A stretch of 42,283 bases of DNA from Candidatus Methylopumilus sp. (GCA_049424605.1 JBMSSY010000001.1:1-42283), one strand, 5' to 3'. Positions 10,467 through 19,558 are shown, counted from the stretch's first letter. The notes: generated by a model not told the origin, from the letters alone. Translations and numbers: made by a program.

Positions 10467-11483
10467 TTAATGATTGGCTTTTTCTTGTTCGATTAGCCAT
10501 TTACCATTAGATAAAACCAATTCCAAAGTCTTGGAAGTTTTCTGTGACAGGCTGCCAGAGTGGTAGCTTTGTTTGAAGCTTGCTTTGGCGCGCTTGCCAT
10601 CTTCTATATGCACATTGACGTTAGAGACAGACACTTCAATTTTGCCTGGCTTATTGATGCGCTCACGACGCATGGCTTCCCACTCTTTGCGGCTTTGACC
10701 ATCAGGTGTTTTGAATGTGTCAGCATAGGCATCCAAATAAGCTTCAATATTTTTGGTTGACCAAGCATTTGCCCATTTGTTGATGGCATTGGTCACGTTT
10801 TGCGTGTCATTGGCTGGGCTATCGTTATTGTCTGGCTTGCCATTGGTTTTTGCAGGCTCAGCCACTTTGCTTGCTGGCAGCGTGCTGGCGGATACTGATT
10901 CCGCGGTGATTGGCAAGGTCGTGGTGTTGATATGCGCAGGTTTTGCGCTGGCGGCTAAATTCGTTTTGCCAGTTGCGCTAAATAAATCTTTGATTAAAAG
11001 CAGCTTGTTTTGGGCGCGGGCATTGCTGGTGTCTAGTTGCAAAGCTTTACCATAAGCCTCTGAAGCCATTTTGGCGTAAATATCACCTAGATTTTCATGC
11101 GCAGTTGCATAGCTAGGATGCGTTTTAATCGCACTTTCTAAGGCTTGTTTTGCTTTATCGAACTGGCCTTGGTCAGCATAAAGCACCGCTAGGTTGTTGT
11201 ATGGCTCAGGCAAAGCAGGAAAGCGCTGGGTAATATCAGCAAACGCTTTAATCGCATCGTCTTTTTTGCCTTGCTCAGCAAGCATCACGCCGCGCATAAA
11301 CAGCGCCTGCACGTCATTCGGGTTGGCATTGATATGGTTGTTAATGCGCTCCATTGCGGCAGATTGCTGGCCTTGACTTGCCTGCTGGGCAATGTCTTTT
11401 AGGTCGTCAGCATGGGCTGTCCATGACACACTCAAGATGAGTAATAGCAGTAAACGAATAGATGAGGTGCGCGATATAACCAT
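10467..11483 (-). CDS. Exported TPR protein with C-terminal NTF2-like domain
   Basis: Signal peptide ending AHA, TPR repeats (FPALPEPYNNLAVLYA, YATAHENLGDIY), a low-complexity linker and a C-terminal domain similar to that of the neighbouring L,D-transpeptidase. Confidence 0.85.
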   Translation of the reverse strand: MVISRTSSIRLLLLLILSVSWTAHADDLKDIAQQASQGQQSAAMERINNHINANPNDVQALFMRGVMLAEQGKKDDAIKAFADITQRFPALPEPYNNLAVLYADQGQFDKAKQALESAIKTHPSYATAHENLGDIYAKMASEAYGKALQLDTSNARAQNKLLLIKDLFSATGKTNLAASAKPAHINTTTLPITAESVSASTLPASKVAEPAKTNGKPDNNDSPANDTQNVTNAINKWANAWSTKNIEAYLDAYADTFKTPDGQSRKEWEAMRRERINKPGKIEVSVSNVNVHIEDGKRAKASFKQSYHSGSLSQKTSKTLELVLSNGKWLIEQEKANH

Positions 11484-11641
11484 TGTGATATACTTTTTCG
11501 CAGTTTGATAAGGTGCTTGATTCTATCAAAAACCCTGTCTTAGCTCTACTAGCAGAGCACAATAAACCATATTTATTTAGTCAGTTAAAGCGTTATATCT
11601 TCAAGGCGCATTAGTTAAGGCCTAGCTTTAGTCAAAATCAC

Positions 11642-13006
11642 ATGCTCAAAATCTACAATACCCTCGCTCGCGAAAAGCAAACTTTTATCCCCATAGTGGC
11701 TGGAAAAGTCAGTATGTATGTCTGTGGCATGACAGTGTATGACTTCTGTCATCTTGGTCATGCGCGGGTCATGGTGGTGTTTGATATGGTCAGCCGCTGG
11801 TTAAGGGCTTCAGGTCTAGACGTGACTTATGTGCGCAATATTACCGACATTGACGATAAGATTATCAAGCGCGCCCATGAAAATGGTGAAGATATTAGCG
11901 TGCTTACACAGCGTTTTATTGACGCGATGGACCAAGACTCAGCCTTGTTGGGGGTGCTGCGCCCTGATATAGAACCTAGGGCAACCACTCATGTGGCTGG
12001 CATGATAGAAATGATTTCAGCCTTAATTGCCAAAGGCCATGCCTACCATGCAGACAATGGCGATGTGTTTTACTCGGTCAACAGTTTTGCGACTTATGGC
12101 AAGCTTTCGGGCAAGTCTTTGGACGATTTGCGCGCTGGTGAGCGTGTTGAAGTCGATACATTCAAGCGCGATCCTATGGATTTTGTGTTGTGGAAATCAG
12201 CCAAGCCTAATGAGCCAAGCTGGGATTCTCCTTGGGGTAAAGGCCGCCCAGGCTGGCATATTGAATGCTCGGTGATGGGCGCTTGCCACTTAGGCAAGCA
12301 TTTTGATATCCACGGTGGTGGTCAAGATTTGCAATTTCCGCATCATGAAAATGAAATTGCCCAATCAGAAGCCGCTAATGGCTGTACTTTTGTTAATTAT
12401 TGGATGCATAACGGCTTTGTGCGTGTGGATGATGAAAAAATGTCCAAATCCTTGGGCAATTTTTTTACCATCCGTGATGTGCTGAAAAAATACGATGCCG
12501 AAGTCGTGCGTTTCTTTATTTTGCGCGCACATTATCGTAGTCCGCTCAATTATTCAGACAAGCATTTGGATGACGCCAAACAAGCATTGACGCGCCTTTA
12601 TACTGCATTACGTGGGTTTGATGTGCCAGCTAAGATCAATCAAGCGGCCCAGTCTTATCAAACTTTTAAAGCGGCAATGGATGATGACTTTAATACACCA
12701 GAAGCCCTTGCCGTGTTGTTCGATTTAGCCAATAGCTTAAATAAATCGGGCGATATTGAAGTTGCCATGCAACTTAAAGGCTTGGCTAATATCTTAGGTT
12801 TGCTGGAGCGTAGTCCAGAAGTCTTTATGCAAGCAGGTACTGCATCTGATTTGGATGCTGGCGCGATTGAAGCGCAAATTGCCGCACGCGCACTGGCTAA
12901 ACAAACTAAAAACTTCGCTGAGGCGGATCGCATCCGTCAAGATTTATTAGCGCAAGGTGTGGTATTAGAAGATAGTGCGCAAGGTACAACTTGGCGCGTG
13001 GTTTAG
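11642..13006 (+). CDS. cysS: Cysteine--tRNA ligase
   Basis: [14 protein letters not shown] (HIGH), [16 protein letters not shown] and KMSKS motifs. Confidence 0.99.
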   Translation: MLKIYNTLAREKQTFIPIVAGKVSMYVCGMTVYDFCHLGHARVMVVFDMVSRWLRASGLDVTYVRNITDIDDKIIKRAHENGEDISVLTQRFIDAMDQDSALLGVLRPDIEPRATTHVAGMIEMISALIAKGHAYHADNGDVFYSVNSFATYGKLSGKSLDDLRAGERVEVDTFKRDPMDFVLWKSAKPNEPSWDSPWGKGRPGWHIECSVMGACHLGKHFDIHGGGQDLQFPHHENEIAQSEAANGCTFVNYWMHNGFVRVDDEKMSKSLGNFFTIRDVLKKYDAEVVRFFILRAHYRSPLNYSDKHLDDAKQALTRLYTALRGFDVPAKINQAAQSYQTFKAAMDDDFNTPEALAVLFDLANSLNKSGDIEVAMQLKGLANILGLLERSPEVFMQAGTASDLDAGAIEAQIAARALAKQTKNFAEADRIRQDLLAQGVVLEDSAQGTTWRVV

Positions 13007-13097
13007 GCGGCAATTAAAGTTAAGCTAAGTTAGTTAATCTAATGTTAAACAATTTGATTGGTATGCAAGCCGCGAGTTTGTGATTAGAATCTAAGCC

Positions 13098-13400
13098 ATG
13101 ACATTTAAAGCTATGACACTTAAAAATATCGTCACCATATTCATCGGCTTGATGTTCTGTTTTTGCTTATTAAGTAAGCAAAGCCTACAAAGCTATCACG
13201 TCAGCATTGAGATGCCTAGCGTGCATGATGTTGTAGCCGAAGAAGCTGATGTGAATGATGTACTAGATGCCAGCGACCAGTGGATGATTTTCCCTGTGGC
13301 TGTGGTGTTACCTGTTTTATTCTTGATTTTCCCAGTTTTTTACAGTCGGTATTATTCTTCGCCGATGATCTCTACGCCCAAAAGGCCGCCGTCGTTCTAA
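13098..13400 (+). CDS. Small membrane/exported protein with C-terminal RPP motif, candidate leader/arrest peptide (CzcI/DUF2946-like position)
   Basis: 100-aa ORF filling the cysS-efflux gap. It has a hydrophobic N-terminus, an acidic middle, a second hydrophobic stretch and ends PKRPPSF. A TAGAAT -10-like hexamer lies at 13085-13090. Confidence 0.7.
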   Translation: MTFKAMTLKNIVTIFIGLMFCFCLLSKQSLQSYHVSIEMPSVHDVVAEEADVNDVLDASDQWMIFPVAVVLPVLFLIFPVFYSRYYSSPMISTPKRPPSF

Positions 13401-13410
13401 TCATTTATCT

Positions 13411-13474
13411 GCGCTAACTATCTGGCGTAACTTTTGCTTTATCAACATTAGTTACGCCGATGAGATAGTGGTGT
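13411..13474 (+). promoter_or_regulatory. Long RNA hairpin between the leader ORF and the efflux operon
   Basis: ACTATCT-GGCGTAACT (13417-13432) pairs with AGTTACGCC-(gatg bulge)-AGATAGT (13450-13469). It is extendable with G-U pairs and followed by a U-rich tract. Confidence 0.55.
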
Positions 13475-13551
13475 ATTTAATTTTTATCTGCTGAGTTTTG
13501 GCGGGTAAACGTCTTTAAGCAAGCTTTTGTTTATGGAATGAAAAGAATCCG

Positions 13552-14826
13552 ATGCGTATTAAAATAAATCAATTGGCTCACAACTTATCAGCAACATGGT
13601 TAGCATCATGGCTGTTATTGCTTTGCATGTCAGCCAGTTCAGCCTTTGCTGCACCAAGCTACACCTTGCAACAAGTGATTGATATGGCATTTAAAGAGCA
13701 TCCTAGTGTGCGAGTGACTAGAGCACAAGAAGATGCCGCGATTGCTAATGTCACCACTGCTAAATCTTTTATCAACCCAGAAATTGAGATGGGCGCTGGC
13801 CCTAGCCGTTACCGTACTGGCACTAATGACACGCGCAACAACTGGGGTGTTGCCCTCTCTCAACCTTTGGAGTTTTCTGATGTGCGTTCCGCACGCCGTG
13901 AAATTGCTGAATCCAATGTGCATTTAGCCAGCGTTAATACCGAAATTAATCAGGTTGAGCTACGTTTGCGCGTTAAGCAGTCTTTCTATGATGTGCTACA
14001 AAGGCAAGAAGCCTTACGTTTGGTTGAAGATGATTTGCATTTGCTTCAGCAAATTCGTGAGCGGGTGAAATTGCGGGTAGATATTGGCGAGTCGCCACGC
14101 TATGAGCTGATTAAGGCAGATACCGAAGCGCTTGCCGCTGAACGGGATTATCAGTCTGCACTGACTCGTATCGTTGAAGCCAAAGCCTATCTGCAAGGCT
14201 TGCTTGGCAGTGCGATGCCTGCGGATTATGTATTGTTGGGCGAGTTGCCCCTCGGTCAAAATTTGCCAGCAATTCAATCATTGCGCAGTCAATTAGCGCA
14301 AAGTCCTCATTTAAAGCAAGTGCGCGCCGCCTCTGAAACCGCAGATGCTAAGTTGAGATTAGAAGAAAATCTACGTAATCCAGGCTTAACCCTCAAACTA
14401 GGCGTGGAACAAGACCCTGATTTGACTAGTTTTCGTTTAGGGGTCGCTGTGCCTTTGCCTTTGTGGAGTCAGCGTCAAGGTCAAATCGCTGAGGCGTCTG
14501 CCAATGTTCGTCAAGTACAAGCGGTGCTAAGCGATAGAGAACTGGCCTTAAATCGAGATTTAGAGTCAGCTTATCAACGTTATTTAATTGCGCAGAATCA
14601 AGTCGGCGCTTTTGAACATGGCCTTTTAAAGCAGGCCGAGTCGGTATTAAAAGTGGCGGAATCAGCCTACCGTTTTGGTGAGCGCGGCATTTTGGAATAC
14701 TTAGACGCGCAGCGTACCTATCGCGCTGTTAAAAAAGATTACCTCTCAGCTAAGTTTGATTATGTCAGCACCATGCTTGAAGTCGAGCGTTTGTTAGGCA
14801 CGGAGCTGTTGCAGACCAATGAATAA
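13552..14826 (+). CDS. TolC-family outer membrane efflux protein (CzcC-like)
   Basis: Signal peptide (AFA), two OEP repeats and AYRFGERGILEYLDAQR. First gene of a C-B-A RND triplet. Confidence 0.9.
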   Translation: MRIKINQLAHNLSATWLASWLLLLCMSASSAFAAPSYTLQQVIDMAFKEHPSVRVTRAQEDAAIANVTTAKSFINPEIEMGAGPSRYRTGTNDTRNNWGVALSQPLEFSDVRSARREIAESNVHLASVNTEINQVELRLRVKQSFYDVLQRQEALRLVEDDLHLLQQIRERVKLRVDIGESPRYELIKADTEALAAERDYQSALTRIVEAKAYLQGLLGSAMPADYVLLGELPLGQNLPAIQSLRSQLAQSPHLKQVRAASETADAKLRLEENLRNPGLTLKLGVEQDPDLTSFRLGVAVPLPLWSQRQGQIAEASANVRQVQAVLSDRELALNRDLESAYQRYLIAQNQVGAFEHGLLKQAESVLKVAESAYRFGERGILEYLDAQRTYRAVKKDYLSAKFDYVSTMLEVERLLGTELLQTNE

Positions 14827-16030
14827 GATAAAAATAATGAATAAGGATTTTGAGATGGCAACATACTTTACCAGTAATAAAACATGGATGATGCACTGTC
14901 GAAGTTTGTCGATATTGTGTTTGGGATTAATCTTGGTGGCCTGCAAAGCCTCTGATGAAGCGCCTAGTGCTGCAAAAAAAGCACCAGACCCAAATTTGGT
15001 TGAACTCACAACCGCTTTACAAGCAAAAGTCCAGTTAGTAAAAGTTGGGCAAGCCGAAATTCGCGAAGTCTTGCATATCCCTGGCAGTATTCAGGTCGAT
15101 GAGCAACGTATTGCCCGTATTGGTGCGCCAGTGACTGGGCGCATTACAGAGATTCAGGCGGTGCTTGGTCAGCAAGTTCAACAAGGGCAAGCGCTTGCCA
15201 TACTTAACAGTACCGAGCTGGCACAAAATCAACTGGTGTATATCAAAGCATTACAGCAGATTGATTTGCAAAGTAAGGCGGTAGAGCGTGCACGGGTGTT
15301 GCTGGATGCCGATGTAATCAGTAAAGCCGAAGTGCAAAGGCGCGAGTCAGAGTTAAGTGCCGCCCAAGCAGATTTGAATGCCGCCGCTGATCAGTTGCAA
15401 GTGTTAGGCATGTCCGCACAAAGTATTGCTAAGTTGTCCAAAGCCGCGCAGATGCACTCTTTTAGCACTGTTTCTGCTCGAATTTCTGGCACAGTAATTA
15501 GCCGCAAGATTAACTTAGGTCAGGTGGTTCAGCCAGCCGATGAGCTATTTGTGGTGGCTGATTTGTCGCGCGTTTTGGCGGTTGCCGAAGTGCCTGAGCG
15601 CCAAGTGGATTCAATTGAACTTGGTCAAGAAGTGAATATTGAAGTGCCTGCACTGCATCAATCATCCATTAAGGGCAAGCTGATTTATATTGGTGATGTG
15701 GTCAATCCGCAAACCCGCACTGTGACAGTGCGTAGCGAGATTGGCAATCAGGCTAAAAATCTTAAGCCAGATATGCTGGTGTCTATGTTGGTGCAATCCA
15801 AGCCTTTGCCTAAGCTGGCTATCCCAGTGCAAAGCGTGGTGCGCGAAAACGACAAAGATCATGTGTTTGTTAAAGTAGCTCCCAACCAATATCGTTTACG
15901 TGAAGTCACTTTAGGCGCTGAATACCAAAATATGGTGGCCGTGGTGAATGGCGTTGAAGAGGGCGAGATCGTGGTGAGTGAAGGCGCGTTTCACGTGAAC
16001 AACGAACGTAAACGTAAAGAATTGGAATAA
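14819..16030 (+). CDS. RND periplasmic adaptor (CzcB-like membrane fusion protein)
   Basis: Lipoyl/hairpin MFP motifs (APVTGRI, GQVVQPADELFVVADLS, VNPQTRTVTVR). A lipobox-like LVAC suggests the true start could be downstream (about 14888). Confidence 0.9.
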   Translation: MNKIKIMNKDFEMATYFTSNKTWMMHCRSLSILCLGLILVACKASDEAPSAAKKAPDPNLVELTTALQAKVQLVKVGQAEIREVLHIPGSIQVDEQRIARIGAPVTGRITEIQAVLGQQVQQGQALAILNSTELAQNQLVYIKALQQIDLQSKAVERARVLLDADVISKAEVQRRESELSAAQADLNAAADQLQVLGMSAQSIAKLSKAAQMHSFSTVSARISGTVISRKINLGQVVQPADELFVVADLSRVLAVAEVPERQVDSIELGQEVNIEVPALHQSSIKGKLIYIGDVVNPQTRTVTVRSEIGNQAKNLKPDMLVSMLVQSKPLPKLAIPVQSVVRENDKDHVFVKVAPNQYRLREVTLGAEYQNMVAVVNGVEEGEIVVSEGAFHVNNERKRKELE

Positions 16031-16033
16031 GCC

Positions 16034-19000
16034 ATGATTGAATCTATTATTCGCGGCGCGCTTAGGCAGCGCCTAGTTGTCGTAGTAATTGCCCTGGCTT
16101 TGATGACGGCAGGGATTTTTGCGGTAAAAAAACTTTCAGTGGATGCTTTTCCTGATGTGACCAATGTGCAAGTGTTGATTGCAACACAATCCACAGGGCG
16201 ATCACCAGAAGAGATGGAACGCTTTATCACAGTGCCACTTGAAATCTCAATGACAGGCTTGCCGGGGCTGACCGAAATGCGTTCGCTCAATAAAAATGGC
16301 CTATCTCTGATTACCTTGGTATTCACAGACGACACCAATGTGTTCTTTGCCAGACAGTTGGTGATGGAGCGCCTGTCTGAGGTGATGGAAAAAATGCCGA
16401 CGGGGGTCACGCCCGTGCTTGGGCCTGTTTCTACTGGCTTAGGTGAGGTTTATCAATACACCTTGGATAAAAAAACGGATGGCACTGCCGCGCTTTCAGA
16501 AGAAGAGTTGACTGAGCGCCGTGCCATTCAAGATTGGGTGGTTCGCCCACTGCTGCGTGGTATTCCAGGCGTGGCTGAAATCAACTCTCAAGGCGGCTAC
16601 GTTAAGCAGTATCAAGCTTTGGTTAATCCAGATCGTATGAATTATTACGGTTTAAAGCTGCAAGATATTTACACTGCACTGGCCAGAAATAATGGCAATA
16701 GTGGCGGTGGCGTATTGCCGCACTACGCTGAGCAATATTTAATTCGTGGCGTTGGTTTAATTCAAAGCTTGGATGATATTCGCGGCATCGTACTCAAAGA
16801 GCAAAACGGTGTACCTGTTTACATGCGTGATGTTGCTGAGGTCAAGCTTGGTAGCGAAGTGCGTGTGGGTGCACTGATTAAAAACGGTGATACCGAGTCG
16901 GTTGGCGGTGTAGTCATGATGATGCGTGGCGGTAATGCTAAAGAAGTGGTCAGCAGAATTAAGCAGCGCGTAGCCGAGGTGAATAGCAAAGGGATGTTGT
17001 CGGGCGGCTTACAAATCGTTCCGTTTTACGACCGCAGTGAGCTGGTGGATGCGGCTTTGCACACCGTGGTAAAGGTGTTGATTGAAGGCATTATTCTGGT
17101 GATTATCGTGCTTTTCTTATTCTTGGGCGATGTACGGTCTAGCCTGATTGTGGTGGGAACGCTTATTTTGACGCCTTTAATCACCTTTATGGCGATGAAC
17201 TACTATGGCATCTCCGCTAATTTAATGTCGTTGGGCGGGCTGGCGATTGCGATTGGTTTGATGGTCGATGGCTCAGTGGTGGTGGTTGAAAATGCCTTTC
17301 ACCAATTAGGACATCGCTCAGGCGAAAGTAAGATACGCGTGGTGTTAGAAGCCGCCGCCGAAGTCGGCACGCCTGTGCTGTTCGGCGTGGGCATTATTAT
17401 TTTAGTTTTCTTGCCGCTGATGACGCTTGAAGGGATGGAAGGCAAAATGTTTGCGCCGCTTGCGCTCACCATTGCGATTGCGCTTTTTGTCTCACTGATT
17501 TTGTCATTAACGCTGTCACCAGTGCTTTGCTCTTATATTCTCAAGGGCGGTAGCGGTGAGGACACTAGACTGATACAAGCCATTAAAAAGCCCTATTTGC
17601 GTTTGCTGAATTGGTCACTGAATCATGAGAAAAAAACTGTGACAGCAGCGATTTTAGTGTTTGTGCTTTCTCTTATCATCCTGCCGTTTTTAGGCATGTC
17701 ATTTATCCCTGAAATGAAAGAAGGTTCGATAGTGCCAGGGATTAATCGGGTGCCCAATATTTCGCTTGAGGAATCCATTAAGATGGAAAGCCAAGCCATG
17801 AAGCTGATTATGCAGCAAGTGCCGGGGGTAAAATCCGCTGTTTCTGGGGTGGGTCGTGGTGAAAGCCCTGCCGATCCGCAAGCACAAAATGAGTCTACGC
17901 CTATTGTCACCTTGAAGCCGAGAAGCGAGTGGCCTGACGGCTGGACGCAGGATGATATTGCAGAAAAAATGCGTGATGTATTAGCCAAAAATCTACCCGG
18001 CGTGCAAGTGATTATGGCGCAACCAATTTCAGATCGTGTTGATGAGCTGTTAACAGGCGTGCGCGCCGATGTTGCAGTTAAGCTGTTTGGCGAAGATATG
18101 CCTTTGTTGAAAAGCAAGGCTGAGGAGATTTCCAAACTGGCTCAAACCATTAAAGGCGCAACGGAAATTAAGGTGGAAAAAGTCTCAGGTCAGCAATATT
18201 TAAATATTGTGATTGATAGACAAGCCATTGCCCGCCAAGGCGTGAATGCCAGCGATATTCATGACGTGATTGAAACCGCGGTTGGTGGCAAGGTGGCCAC
18301 TGAGATTTTTGAGGGTCAGCGTCGATTTAGTGCGGCGGTGCGTTACCCAGAGGGTTTCCGTAATAATGTCGAAGCCATAGGCAATATTATGATTACCTCA
18401 CCTAATGGTGCGCGTGTCGCTTTGCGTGATTTGGCTAAGATCGAGATTAAAGATGGTCCTGCTCAAATTAGCCGCGAGCTTGCCAAGCGCCGTATCGTGG
18501 TTGGCATTAATGTTAAAGACCGAGATTTGGGTGGCTTTGTGGCTGAGTTAAAACAAGTGTTAGATAAAAAGCTCAAGTTGTCAGACGGCTACTATCTGGA
18601 ATATGGCGGGCAGTTTGAGAATATGGAGCGCGCCATGAATCACTTAAAACTGATTATTCCGATCACTATCGGTGCGATTTTCTTCTTACTATTCTTGCTG
18701 TTTAATTCGGTGCGCTACGCCACCATGATTATTATGGTGTTGCCGTTTGCTTCTATCGGCGGGATATTCGCGCTGTTTATCACAGGCGAATATCTGTCTG
18801 TGCCAGCCTCAGTCGGCTTTATCGCGCTATGGGGGATTGCGGTACTGAATGGGGTGGTCTTGGTTTCCTATATCCGCCATTTACGTGACGATGGTTTAAG
18901 TCAAATAGACGCCATTGTTCAAGGCTGTCAGCAACGATTTAGGCCAGTAATGATGACGGCCACCGTGGCCATGCTTGCCTTGGTGCCATTTTTGTTTGCA

Positions 19001-19135
19001 ACGGGGCCGGGCTCAGAAATTCAGCGCCCCTTGGCGATTGTGGTGATAGGCGGCTTAATCAGCTCCACCTTGCTAACGCTGGTGGTAGTGCCCACTTTAT
19101 ATCGTAAATTTGAAGAACTTAGGTTAGAAGCGTAA
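16034..19135 (+). CDS. Heavy-metal efflux RND permease, CusA/CzcA family
   Basis: 1033 aa. DAFPDVTNVQV, TGLGEVYQY, ANLMSLGGLAIAIGLMVDGSVVVVEN, RFRPVMMTA and GSEIQRPLAIVVIGG motifs. Confidence 0.95.
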   Translation: MIESIIRGALRQRLVVVVIALALMTAGIFAVKKLSVDAFPDVTNVQVLIATQSTGRSPEEMERFITVPLEISMTGLPGLTEMRSLNKNGLSLITLVFTDDTNVFFARQLVMERLSEVMEKMPTGVTPVLGPVSTGLGEVYQYTLDKKTDGTAALSEEELTERRAIQDWVVRPLLRGIPGVAEINSQGGYVKQYQALVNPDRMNYYGLKLQDIYTALARNNGNSGGGVLPHYAEQYLIRGVGLIQSLDDIRGIVLKEQNGVPVYMRDVAEVKLGSEVRVGALIKNGDTESVGGVVMMMRGGNAKEVVSRIKQRVAEVNSKGMLSGGLQIVPFYDRSELVDAALHTVVKVLIEGIILVIIVLFLFLGDVRSSLIVVGTLILTPLITFMAMNYYGISANLMSLGGLAIAIGLMVDGSVVVVENAFHQLGHRSGESKIRVVLEAAAEVGTPVLFGVGIIILVFLPLMTLEGMEGKMFAPLALTIAIALFVSLILSLTLSPVLCSYILKGGSGEDTRLIQAIKKPYLRLLNWSLNHEKKTVTAAILVFVLSLIILPFLGMSFIPEMKEGSIVPGINRVPNISLEESIKMESQAMKLIMQQVPGVKSAVSGVGRGESPADPQAQNESTPIVTLKPRSEWPDGWTQDDIAEKMRDVLAKNLPGVQVIMAQPISDRVDELLTGVRADVAVKLFGEDMPLLKSKAEEISKLAQTIKGATEIKVEKVSGQQYLNIVIDRQAIARQGVNASDIHDVIETAVGGKVATEIFEGQRRFSAAVRYPEGFRNNVEAIGNIMITSPNGARVALRDLAKIEIKDGPAQISRELAKRRIVVGINVKDRDLGGFVAELKQVLDKKLKLSDGYYLEYGGQFENMERAMNHLKLIIPITIGAIFFLLFLLFNSVRYATMIIMVLPFASIGGIFALFITGEYLSVPASVGFIALWGIAVLNGVVLVSYIRHLRDDGLSQIDAIVQGCQQRFRPVMMTATVAMLALVPFLFATGPGSEIQRPLAIVVIGGLISSTLLTLVVVPTLYRKFEELRLEA

Positions 19136-19163
19136 GTCCTAACAGACTTGGAGATGAGATTAT

Positions 19164-19502
19164 ATGAAAAAAGAAATTAAGGCCGTAATACAACCGCAAC
19201 GCTTGGCAAAGATACGCTCAGCGTTCAAAAACATCAAAGAATTCCCCGGCATGACGGTGACTAAAGTTGAAGGTTGTGGACATTTTTTATCCAAGCCTTC
19301 GCAAGGTATCCGTGATGAGCTGGCAGATTACAGTCCTAAAGTCCGCATTGAAATGGTTGTACCTGACGACCTAGTTGAAGGGGTTTTGCAGATTATTGTG
19401 GAGTGCGGTCATACTGGGCAAGTGGGGGATGGCATCGTGTGGGTGACCCCCGTAGAACGGATGATTCGACTATCTGAGCAGATTATTGTGTTTGATTGCT
19501 AA
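19164..19502 (+). CDS. PII-like signalling protein (non-GlnB/GlnK, efflux-associated)
   Basis: PII fold motifs KEIKAVI, GMTVTKVEG, PKVRIEMVV and TGQVGDG. The T-loop is divergent. GGAG RBS. Confidence 0.88.
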   Translation: MKKEIKAVIQPQRLAKIRSAFKNIKEFPGMTVTKVEGCGHFLSKPSQGIRDELADYSPKVRIEMVVPDDLVEGVLQIIVECGHTGQVGDGIVWVTPVERMIRLSEQIIVFDC

Positions 19503-19558
19503 AACACGCTGTTTTTGGCGTGTAAGTTAAAGTACGGCTTTTCGAGTAAAATGTAGGG

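Noticed and set aside
17623-18135. 170-aa antisense ORF inside the RND permease (also 15991..16410)
   Set aside because: Shadow ORF on the opposite strand of a conserved gene, with no RBS or protein motif.
19164-19502. Calling the PII gene glnB or glnK
   Set aside because: It lacks the Tyr51 T-loop and several effector-binding residues, and it is not linked to amtB or glnA.
13007-19558. Efflux cluster as a mobile genomic island
   Set aside because: No integrase or transposase, no flanking direct repeats seen, and composition looks similar to the neighbours by eye (not computed).
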